A stretch of 64,000 nucleotides of DNA from Nageia nagi. Its lineage: Eukaryota > Plantae > Pinophyta. Of the stretch, positions 25,131 through 36,816 are shown in pieces. The stretch covers positions 144,274,001 to 144,338,000 of the forward strand of contig JBITNC010000001.1 in the NCBI GenBank assembly GCA_050084985.1. Direction: 5' to 3'. The first letter of the stretch is position 1. Each line of letters opens with the position of its first letter. Position numbers and translations under genes: made by a program. The notes below the pieces were generated by a model, which ran no database searches, was not told where the DNA came from, and saw only the letters and a program-made list of their open reading frames with translations.

Positions 25131-28100
25131 TACCTTAAGGGGCTTAAATTAGAGGTCACACTACATTGACTAGATGCATTTAGGTTTTGCCTAACATTAT
25201 AATAGGTTTTTGAAGTATAATTGAAGGTATAATTCAAATCTTTATCCCATATTTATACTTATTTCAAAGACCAAAGCACATGTTATGTTGAATTGATGGT
25301 CTTATGTATAATGATCTATTTACATATTTTTTATGCACAATAGTAAGAATTTTGGTCCACACTAATTGCTAAAGTTGTATGTCTATAATTGTTCACTGGT
25401 CTTAAATTAGATAGAGTTTAGAGACTAATAACTTAAGTGAGTTTATTCTTGATTTGAATAGTTTTTTAAAGGCCATCCACTATGTCCACGAAAATTTTAA
25501 ATTTAGGTTCAAAAATAAGAATAGAATCCAATAGAGGAAGCAAATTGTAATGTTCACCTATTCATGACTTTATCAAAATCCTAGAATTTCAAATCTTTTT
25601 TTATTTAATTTGAACACTCGAATATTTTAGGAATGGAAAAGGTGATCCACATGAGCTTGTCAATGCTGCTAGCTAGTCAAAACCCATATGGTAAGATTAG
25701 TCAAATATGGATTAACCAATCTTGATTAAAATTTTATAGTATTCACTTCTTAATGTTTATCTCATTGGACGATACCACATAGATGATCTTATCATTTTTT
25801 CTTATGAACTATGCAATGAATAATTTGATCATGGCATTGTGGTTTTCTACTTGGGGCTCATATCACCCAAGAGAATGCTCATCCTCAAGGTTAAACATCT
25901 TCACGTGATGTGTAATCTTCTAAATCATAGGACGAGATGGATTATCTTAAGCAAACTTCTATATGATACAGCTAAATCATTATTACCTATGCAATAGTCA
26001 TCATACTCCTATATTCTTATCCATATGAGTTATAACTACTAGTTACCCTCACTCGATAATTATAGTTTTATCAACTACTACTCCTATCTAATAGCTTATC
26101 AGGGTTATGAGATACTAACATGTCCATATCTATCGGCTAGACCCACCATGTTATCTGGTATCCTCGTGCCCATATCTTGGGGAACCATGGATATTAAAAT
26201 ATTATCCTCAAGTGGTTTATTTTGTCTAGTCATCTTATTTCAAAGGTTATAAAGTAAAAATCACCCCACATTATCATTCTTAGAGATAATTGATCTAGAA
26301 TCAATTATTAATTTTCTAAGTTTACATGCTTGAGTGATAAAAGCAATAGTGTATATTATGATCTAATCATTGCATTAATATAAAACTAACCACATCTCAT
26401 TATGTATCAACTAAATATATATCAATTAAACATATCATTTAAATAATGGAAGTAATTACATCAAGTGTGGATGCGAAGATACAAGAAAAGCTTATTCGAT
26501 AAGCCAACATAAAATATATACAATAGTATATCATTTTAGTAATCCCACATGTAGGATGAGATAAAAAGAATAATAATTTAAAAGTAAACTATTTTCAGGG
26601 AATAATAACAAGTCCTGAGAAACTTCTAAAAGTGGCTACTCCTAACAAGGGAGTGCGGTATAAAGTGGTCCTTACTCAAGGAATAATTTTGGTTGAGATT
26701 ATCTTTTTCGTTTAAGAGATTTACAATAATTGAAGTTTGTCCATTTTTCATAAGCATCAAAAGTCCTAGTTATTTGATGACTGATAGGTTTATTAACTTT
26801 AGTTTATTTGGTCGACCATTAATATGCTTAACCAAATATTATACTTGATCAAACCTTCTCATTTATTCCAAAGTTATCTAACATCATCCAAGTTTCCAAC
26901 ATTTTTCAATATAATGATCCCTTTATTTAAACTTTAATTTAGTATTCAATCTTAGTTTCATTCACCATCTCATTTGTTTTAAGATGTATCTACTTCTAAA
27001 ATTATATCGTAATATTACATAAAGTGAGATTAGCATTTTTATAGTAAACTAATGTACTTAAATCCAAACATATCAAAATAATTTATATTAGTTATTTAGC
27101 TTCATCTCTTATTTTATAATCCTTTCATTTACCTTCTATCAATTGTTCTTTAAGATTAAAAAGAGTCAACTTTTTCACAATTTTTTTTTTTAAACAAGTT
27201 AATGATATAATTATATCAAAGCAAGAACAATCTTACCAAAAAATTAATAATGACTTAACTTTCATCCATGGTCTTAGAATTCTTTATGTTTAATTCAATC
27301 ATTATTTCTTCAAATAAGAATGGTAAGGATATTAATCAAGACAAGGTTATATATTTACAATGACACAAGTTTAACCCTAATATATTATGAAATGAATCAT
27401 TTTATGGATCCAAGGTAACATCTATGGTTTTACACAAATGTCCTACTGAAAACATAAAAAGATTCTATATGTATAATTGAGTTTCTATATGATTATCATA
27501 TAGAGTTTTTTGGGTTTACAAATGGCAATGACCAATGTTCAAATTTTAATAAAAAAGGATCCATAAACTTTAAAAACTAGGGTTTCATATTTGTTTAATA
27601 ATAACTTTTTATTTTTTAGAATTATAAAAATAATATATGTTCACAATGTGCATACAATTCTTGACAAGTTAAAAAAAAAAACTAAAACTAATGAATTTAT
27701 GTCAAATTATGCTTGAAGGACACAAGCACTTTTCAAAATGATAATCTAGATATTAGAATAAATTATATATTTGGAAACTAGACTTCAAGTACTACTTTTT
27801 TATCCAAGTGATATTTTTCAAGATTCGAACTCTAAGTGCTTCAAATTTTAAGGTCAATTATGATCAAACTTGAAAATTAAGGAAAACACTTCCACTTTTT
27901 GGCTAAAAGTAAGACTCATCTTCTTGCACTTACCTAAATGTCCAGATTATACATTATGAACTACACATGCTTCTTGGTTAGATACCCTTTAAGAGATAAG
28001 ACCTCCCTCTCAATAAAATTTTGAAAAATAATTTGTTACATTCAAACGACCCACCAAGAGCGAAATCGTAAGCTCAAGGTACACAAGTATTTCAATGGAT

Positions 28101-30849
28101 CAATTCAAATTCCTAGATATACGATAGGTTTTAGATGAGTAGGTTTAACACATGTTTATCAAAATATTTTGAAATATATTGGATAGAGGTTGCATTGCCT
28201 CAATATTTCAAAATATCAAGCATCAATTTACTAATGCTTATATAAAGGAATTGATCCAATCAAACAATTATGAGTTCAAAGACATCATACCATAAGTCTC
28301 TTATGGAATTCTCCAATATATATCAATCGAAGGAATAAACACATTCATTCCTCTAGATGTCTCCTTAGATGGGGGTATAAAATAATGACTAAGAAGGGGT
28401 TTCCTTAGGATTAGAAAGTGTCTGTTTACCTCAAAGACACTAGTCAATGTCCATCAAAATAGAAGACTTCTAAAGACTTATGTGGTGGATTTATAGACAT
28501 TGAATAATCAAATATCCGAGAGTTTCACCAAATCATGGTATTATAAATGCATCAAATGAATCTTATGGTAAACGCTCACTGATTTACATACACTATCTCA
28601 TTGCATGAGAGCTAAAACCAACAAATAGTCTTCCTAAAGTTCTTTAACTTCCAAATAGTGAAGAGACACCCCAATACTCCTAAATTTGAATATAATTTTC
28701 CATATTGGTTTTAAACTCTTTAAAACTTAAATGTGGAGATTAAAAATCCTTATTACGAAATGTAAGAATACTTCCTTCATGTTTTGCAATGTAGTTATCC
28801 TCAAACCAATCTTGATCCTTGAATAAGCACACAATATAATGAGATTTAATAGTGACCAAAGAACTCCTAACCCAAATGAGAAAAATGAGACCAAATCATA
28901 TGCCCAAAAAGCCTATGGTGAGTCGCAAACCTTCAAAAATTATAGAATGCTCATATTAAATCTTCACATTACTTAAAAACTAGTTTTATAAATTTAAAAA
29001 TATACAATATAAATTTAGAAATAAATATGCATTAAAAATTTTATAATACATAATTATTCTCATAATTCTAAAATGCACAACCCATTCATCATACAAATAT
29101 AGAAAATATAAATATAATGTAAAAGTTAAAAATTATCTTTTAAACTTATTCATTTTAATTTATTTTAAAATTATAATAATTATAAAAATGTAAATTTTAT
29201 TAGTTAAGTTATTGCAAAAAAATAGCATGTAAATTACAATTTCACAAGCAAACCATAACTTGTTATTGATTTAAATTATATAATTAACAATCAATTATTT
29301 TTTATTTCATATGTTATTTATGTGATTATAATTTGTATTAAAAATTGTATCCATTAATCATAACTATATAAGAATATTAATTTTCATTAAAATACTTTTT
29401 AACTTCTACTTAACTATATCAACTATTTATCACTATTATATATACATACGAAATAATTTATTTATTTTACATAATAATTTTTACAAGATTTATTGTAATT
29501 GTAAATATTTTTAATTTTTAATCCATATTATTTATTACAACCATCCAACAATAAATTTTTATTATGCTTGAATTAAAAATAAGAACAAAAGTAAAATTTG
29601 TAAATAATGAAAATAAAAATCTAGATATACAAATTAGAGACATTTTAAAAAATAACAATTTCAATAGTTCTAACAAATTAATGCATATGTAAAACAATAT
29701 CATACTACAAGAATAAATAATAATTGTTAAAATGATTTCTATTTCGAACTATTAAATTATTCATTTAAAAAAATATATAATTTGAAATATTAAATTCAAA
29801 AATATGTAAAAATTAAAATAAAAAAATAACATCCCAAAGGTCCAAGACACAAACCCTAAAGGAGGTTCATGACCATCCTTTAGGGCTTTATGAGGGGGTT
29901 TCCTACCCCTCTAAAAATAATTTTTTTATTAACAAGTATTGGTTAAAAAGTACATAAAAAAGTATTTACATTGTTAAAAAATAACTTCCATCTTAAATGC
30001 TTTAGATCTTCAAGTATTGCTAAATGATTGATAATCAACATATTACTTCATGTTACCATGATATTGATTGACAATATAACCACTAGCTAATACTTCAATA
30101 GCACCTGCAAAATGAATAATATTTTATTAGTATCGTAGTGAAATTAAAAATGTTTTTCATCTTTATAAATAATATAATTTCTATTTAAATAAGATACTAT
30201 TTTAAATCAATATCTACTACTAAAAACATTTTGAATTTTAATTAAAACAAGAACAATTCTCTCCTTAATAATGAAATATGTTCACCTAAAAGAAGCATTT
30301 AAAATTTGCTTTATAATTAAAATTTGCCTTGGCGATGGGTTTTTGTTAGCTCTGTTGCTTTGTGAAGCAGAGGATAAAAAACCACATTGCCACATTTTTT
30401 CCACGAAATATTGCTGTTAGTTCGATAATCTAAACGGCTGGAGATATATATACATACGGACTCTGAAGGAAATGCAATCCAATTGCCACCACACTCCATT
30501 GTCATGTTTTTCAATGTAGGCTTTGAGTTTGGAGTCCGCTTCAGGAAACCATGGTCCTCAACAATATTTCCATATTCTCAGATCTTGTGTAACAATTGAT
30601 GAAGGAATACGCAATAGACTCAAAGGTTCTTGGACTCAAAAAACCTCTTTAAGGACATACATAGAATATTGTTGAAGAGGCCAACCTATACAATTTAAAA
30701 AAACAAATTCCCAGATTATGGATCACAGAGATTGAAACCCACCGCGTCAAAATCTCCCTCTCGTGGAATCCATCCCATGAGGATCTAATAATCTCAGTGA
30801 CATGGATCATAAAATAATCTTAATACTACGGTAATTGCGTAGAATCATT

Positions 30850-31330
30850 TGAAGTTTCATCTGTAAGTTGGTCTGGAGAGCACTAAAAAAAGATAGATTC
30901 ATTAGTAGAAAACTTCAAGAGACATCGATATTAGAATGGACATTTTCTAACACTCCTCACCTTTCAGGACATACTACTTACCTTTGAGAATGGACCCTGG
31001 TGGAGCGGATCTACATGATTTTCGATTTAAATCTTTCAATCTGGCACAAGAGGGGACCCAAAAAGTTCCCTGGTTTGGATTAAGATGGTCACTTCCAATC
31101 CACCTATGGGATAATGAACTCTTCTAAGCCATTGAAAATAAGACAGAAAAATTCATCGACAGAAATCCAAACCAGATCTCATGTAACTTTAACTGATTGA
31201 TCTTAACAATATCCTGCTATGGGTACATTTTGATAGAGAAACAACATTTGTACAAGAATTAGATTGTGAAAATCTTACTTTAGTTGCAATCATTGAATTG
31301 CTGCGAAGAAGGATGAAAGTAGCTATATCG
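30850..31330 (+). pseudogene. L1-type LINE ORF1 (DUF4283 region) remnant
   Basis: ENGPWWSGS (~30985-31012), VWIKM then LPIHLWDNELF*AIENKTEKFID (~31070-31160) match plant L1 ORF1 NGPW...VWVRLxxLPxxxWxxxxLxxIGNxxGxFI, with frameshifts. Confidence 0.7.
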
Positions 31331-31440
31331 TGCCCAAAGGGACCATCTACCCCAAGAAGAATGATGAAAAACACTGTAATATAAGGGGCCAGTAAGCACA
31401 ATCAAAACACAATTGGAAGAAGAAGACCCTCGGAAGAAGC

Positions 31441-32040
31441 AGATATATTTACAAGACAATGTCCAAGAAGTCCATTTATGATAAGGATGTAATCCCCAGT
31501 TTGGACGAGGTTGTGAAGTTTCAGAATGAAGATGGAGATGGAGATGATGATGAAGGTGAGACTATTGTGGTGGTGAGAGGGGATCTGACGAACATGATGG
31601 GTGGGTGGAGATGGTGAAATATGATGATGTTTATGTAAAACCTAACCTGGAAGAGAATTGTGGAACTACAGTGTTATTGAAGCAAAATCAGCTATGTAAG
31701 TTCTTTAAACCAGGCTGTCATGTTAGGATAACAGAGGGGATTTATAAAGGCGCCAAAGGGATTGTTGCATTTGTGGAGAATAACAAGTTGGTAGTCATAT
31801 CAGACATAACTAAGGAGACTGCAAGTTTTTGTAGACTGATGAGCTGTATGATGTCGTTCGATTGGATAAGTTTAGCTTTGCGGTCGTTACCGGTATAGAA
31901 CAGGATAGATTCCAAATTATGAAGGCATTTCCGTATAGATCATAGGAATCAATGACAGTGTTAAGGTTGTGGAGGGTCCATTTAATGGAAGAGAGGGATC
32001 AGTTAAGCACATCAACAGAGGGGTGCTATTTATCCTTGAC
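31441..32040 (+). pseudogene. SPT5: Intronless SPT5-family (KOW-domain transcription elongation factor; SPT5 or SPT5L/KTF1 lineage) pseudogene fragment
   Basis: Four collinear segments: YIYKTMSKKSIYDKDVIPSLDEVVKF..GETIVVVRGDLTNMMG / WVEMV..LCKFFKPGCHVRITEGIYKGAKGIV..VISDITKE / ELYDVVRLDKFSFAVVTGIEQDRFQIMK / IGINDSVKVVEGPFNGREGSVKHINRGVLFILD. These match the consecutive KOW region of plant SPT5, with frameshifts and short internal deletions. Confidence 0.9.
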
Positions 32041-32623
32041 ACTATTCCGCCTCTGTACAGTAGAGAATATCAACTTGTATCATGTAAAAATACCAAAACA
32101 GCTTTAAGGCATTAGATGAGGAACAAATGGAAGGAGATTTCTTAAAACAGGAAACAGAGTAGGTTAGAAACTCACAAGAAATTAAAAGGAATGAGTCGCA
32201 CTGTTGGGATTTCAGAAACCTGGAGGAAAGAAAAGCAGCACAAAGAAGATCACAATCAGAAAAGGATTCATGTATCAGCCATATAAGTAACAACAGGGGA
32301 AAGAAATAAGAAGCAGAAAATCCAATTCAATGGCATCCCAAGCAGGAATAGATGAGAAGTCTGGTTCCCAATGCCAACCAAAATGATGTTCCCGTTTTGG
32401 AACATAAGAGGCATTAATGCCCAAGTTACAGACACATAGAAAGACAATCTGGTGAGTAACGCAAACAAGTACCATTCTTCCAAACTCTAATCATGTACCT
32501 GAAGGGGCCAAGGGGGATCCATACCTCGTTTCAGAAACCATCTTGGTTGCATCAACATCAAGTTCCCAATCCCCTCGCCTGAACCACCATCATGCTTGAA
32601 ATACCAATACAAGGAGAGGAGGG

Positions 32624-32776
32624 ATATATACAAGGGTTGGGGCAGAGCCGTTGAAGGACGCTCCAAACGGTAATCTGATGTCGGTGGACTCTGACCATCA
32701 ACGGTTAGGGTGACCTTCATGCCCGCCCCAAATCAAACCATTGAAGAAAAGAAAATCACAGGGTCCATAACGGGCC
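32624..32776 (-). promoter_or_regulatory. Putative Pol II promoter: TATA box with four AACGG (MSA / MYB3R-like) cores upstream
   Basis: TATATAT on minus at 32624-32630. TCAACGGCT (minus, 32646-32654), CCAAACGGT (32663-32671), TCAACGGTT (32698-32706) and TAACGGGCC (32768-32776) in a CpG-retaining context. Confidence 0.5.
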
Positions 32777-33004
32777 TATAAACATAACAAAGGAGATCAA
32801 TTTTGAATAGTTCTGGTCACGTATAGCGTGGACCGTCGTACCCTGCTATGACAAGTTTCTGGGAGATATCTCTTGATCTATCCCATCTTTGATTTAATTC
32901 ACATCTTCTACCTAAAAACTCGAACTAATGTTATACCCTAACACCAAATTAATCCACAATTGATACCCTAAACCGAATGATCATAATTTAACGACATAAT
33001 TAAA

Positions 33005-35900
33005 ATAAAGATGTCTTCTCAAATATCATTTTAAAAAATATCTAGTCTAAAGCATAGCCTCTTTTTTCAAAAAGAATGTGGTGTACTCATAATGTCCAAT
33101 AACAATTTGAATTGGTAGTAGAATAATAGATCATTTGTGGAGAAAACAAAATAAAGTCTACTTCATTAATACAAAATGGAACTTTCTTCTCCACTGTATC
33201 CATGTGAATCCATTTCTCAAAACCATTATAATAATAAAAATTCATCTCATTAAAGTTAATAACTAAAACTTTTGTTAAATAAAATTAACCATAACCACCT
33301 TCTTAATAAGTATTGATCTCAATAATACTTCTCCAAATTAGTATGATACCCCTACTCAAACTAACATTAATAATCCAAATAAGGGATTTGATTGGAATGA
33401 GCTAATTTCTATTAACTCACATAATGAGATAAGATAGAAGAATAACTTCTCTCTTTTCTCTCAACCCTCTTAATAAGAAGTAATGGTGATATACAATCTT
33501 TATAAGGATTCTCTTCATATTTCAAGCTTAAGGAGGGAAATGAAGAGAATCCTACAACCATTAGATTACAAGTTGTGATTCTTATTTCATTATAATCTTA
33601 GAAGACCTAAAATAATGCTTGTGAATATACTTGGTTATTATAAACTATGTCCAATTGAATAATAAAGAGAAAGTAGGGAGCTCTCCTTAAATCTCATCTA
33701 ATACCACTTATACTAGATTGGGTCAAGTTTTTTTCTTTTCCATAGGCAAAAAAGAGGGTTTCTCAAATAATGTACCAAACCTTGTTAAAAGGTTTTTTTT
33801 TTTTAAATGGTAAACTTGTATTACAAATTATTAAGCAATTATTTTAGAGACATCCTAAGATACAACATGTGAAGAAGTTTGGGAGAACCTATATATTTTT
33901 ATTGCAATCTAACCATTGAATGATTTCCTCTTTATTTTTTTGCATTGTCCTTGCTCACATAAAAATAATAATTAAAATTTTTAAGGAAATAACCTTTGAG
34001 TCTAGTTTGTACAATAGTCAGTTCCCTCAACTTCTCTGTAATTATTTTCACAACTTCTTCAATAACCAAGAACCCCCAACAAGTTACAAAAGGGAGTATA
34101 TATTTCAAAATCGGTGTTTGTTCTACTAAAATAACCTTTGAACTTCCCAAATGATTTCAGAAATAACTTTATCTTATTAAATTTAACTATGTTACCATTT
34201 ACCTACCCTACGATGGTATACAAGTTTTGCTCAGGGTTATTCCTAAGGATCGGCCAAAAAGCAAAACTTGTAGAAACCAAGGCAAACCAATTTCAAATTT
34301 TTGATGAAAATATAGCCTTTAAAATAAAAGGTATAAGTGGATGCATACCATATACATATCATATATTGATTTTTTGGCGATTAGATACATAAAATTAAGA
34401 CCTATCTATAATTTTAAGGTGAATGTCCCGCCCTTGTAGGGGTCCAAATATTAGCCAATTTAAAAATCTTAAACTCCTAAGTTTTGCTTGTAAGAGCTTA
34501 TTAACTGTTAGTAAAAATATTGTTTCTAATTTTGAACATGACGACATAAGTCTAGATCAAGCTATTAGGTATATAGGTCACCTTCTAGGTCTTCATTTAG
34601 TTTATTCTTTATGCATTGGGTTAATACATAGTTTTTAGTATAGTAACATACTGTATAGTTTTGGTATGCTACCATACAATTTTTAATGAAAATTACATCA
34701 AATTTCATTTAAACATAAGAGTCCTTAGCATCCTCACTCCAATGATATACAATATATATTATCTAGCCCATTTTAGATCACACTTCCCAATGAGGATGCA
34801 TTTTCTCTCCAAATACTTAGAGAAAATAATGTTGACATATTAAAAAATGGTCCCCTAAGTAACTTCATACCATCCCTCTCTCTACAGTTGATATACTGAA
34901 ACAATCCATAGATTTCATGGTACAAATCCTTATTAAGGTATGAATGGTGAATAAGATCCTACATGACCTTGTACTCCTATTTTATTTTTTTCCTCCTTCT
35001 TCTTCTTATGATGCTAAAAATCTTTCTTCACCTTATGTTTGTTCACCAAATTTTGATCACAATATTTATGAATTAATGGTTTCTATCCTCTTGGTTCTTT
35101 ACTATGTAAATGTTAGCTTTGTAGAAGCACTAATCAATCTTTTCATTTATCCCACAATGATAATATGATCTTCATTTTTTCTCACACTAAATACATTATA
35201 ATAAATTATCTATCATCCTTAATAAGGTGGTACTTATTCTCCTTTATATCATAAATAACATCCTTATCAAATAAATTAGGACTTCTTAATAGTATTGTAG
35301 AAACATCAAGAGCTACAACATCTAGTTCAACCTCATCAATGAAATCAACATTAATGGAAAACCTCAATCTCCATTAGTATGTGACTTCCATCTTGGTCTT
35401 ACTATTCACCCTTATAAGTGGATAAGGATGTAAATAAGGATGAGTTTCTAATCTAAATTTCTATACCAAGTCCTCTAAAGTCATATTCACTTCAGAAATA
35501 GGATAAAAAAAAATAGCATAAATCTTGGTATTCTTTACTTAGACTTTGATGTACAATAGTTGAACAGTCTTCTTCTCATATTCACCCTTTATAAATTAAC
35601 ATCTCATGGCCATATACTTTAGCTTCTCTTAAACATTCAAGGTACTATCAATTTCCTCATAAATATTTTTTTCGCATACATTAAAGTACATTATGAAGCC
35701 TTGGCACACTTTGTTTCTTCCCATCCTCTCCTTGAAACTTATTTGATTTCTTCTTGAACCATTTTGGTCTCAGTTCAAGCGTGACCAACACTAACCATTA
35801 TTATATAGAGCATCTTGGGAACCACTCACTACTTACAACCCTACAACTAGATATCCCTATTTTGATGATAAAAGGTTGATCAGTAGCAGTGCCTAGATTA
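33005..35900 (-). mobile_element. Degenerate Ty3/gypsy (chromovirus/CRM-like) gag-pol remnant, copy A
   Basis: Minus translation LYIKV*VKNTKIYAI...EDLV*KFRLETHPYLHPYPL...LRFSINVDFIDEVELDVVALDVSTILLRSPNLFDKDVI (~35260-35560) is the protease region. Degenerate integrase-like text at ~33.9-34.9 kb. Confidence 0.75.
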
Positions 35901-36017
35901 GATGATCTATCTATGCCGTAATTCTACATCTTTATCCCCTGCACACTCTCCATCCACCATTTTCCTACTATTATTATTATTCATGACAATTTTGCAATAA
36001 TAATCGAGAGGGGCAGA

Positions 36018-36816
36018 TGTGATGTAAATACCAACACTTCTCATTATCATGTCCCTCTTTATTATAATTAGAGGAACGAGATTTCTTATTCTTTTATTTC
36101 TTAGTTATGGCATTAACTTTTTCCTTCTCTTATGAATTCTTCTTGGGATTTTCTTCTCAATTTTGGACTTCTTATGAGCCTCAAGTAAATTATTTTTTAA
36201 TTATGTTTTTCTTATATTAGCCCGCTTAGGAACTTTCTCCAATAATATTATCTATTATTATGCAAAGTACACTAGCATTGGTTCTAGCTTGTAGGCATGC
36301 ATTATGGTGGTTCTCTTTCATATATAAATATGGGCATGTTACATGGAAAGCTAATGAAGATTTTATCTTGATATTTGGTATCATCTATAATTTAGGTATG
36401 TATTAACACCATATTTTAAGATTGGGATCTTATTATCACTAAACTATTTATTGCTCCATCTTTAATAATTATATATTATACTAGGCTTATTAATATATCC
36501 TATTATTATTGGATGTTTTATGCATATATAAGTTTATAACAACCCTAGTGTGGATGCTTTTGTGGGTGCAAACATTAAGGATAGCATGGAGGATTTCCTT
36601 AATTCCAACTATAAGTGTTGATATTAATTATTCTCTAAATGATGTATCTCAAGATCTCCCTTCTATAAATAAGTCCCTATTTGACTATACATTTGGTTGT
36701 CTAGATAAGGTGACATGTATTTATATTTCTTGATCTCTTTTTCAATAGTGAATTACTTAATCTTAATATTGATATTCCACACATAATTGCTTATTCTTAA
36801 TATGTTTAATTTCACA
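36018..36816 (+). repeat. LTR-like sequence (5' LTR of the downstream gag-bearing element B)
   Basis: Termini TGTGA...TCACA, CTATAAATA at ~36663, purine tract GAGAGGGGCAGA directly upstream, TGG-starting PBS-like TGGAATCCACC just downstream. No partner LTR in the window. Confidence 0.55.

Noticed and set aside
25130-30300. Possible additional TE fragments or Helitron in extremely AT-rich DNA
   Set aside because: No diagnostic motifs could be identified by eye; left unannotated.
31605-31898. Functional SPT5 exon
   Set aside because: Homology continues across frameshifts and short deletions with no intervening introns, so it is a pseudogene fragment.
30310-32990. Pack-MULE or CACTA element capturing the SPT5 fragment
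   Set aside because: No terminal inverted repeats or TSD found by eye at the island edges.
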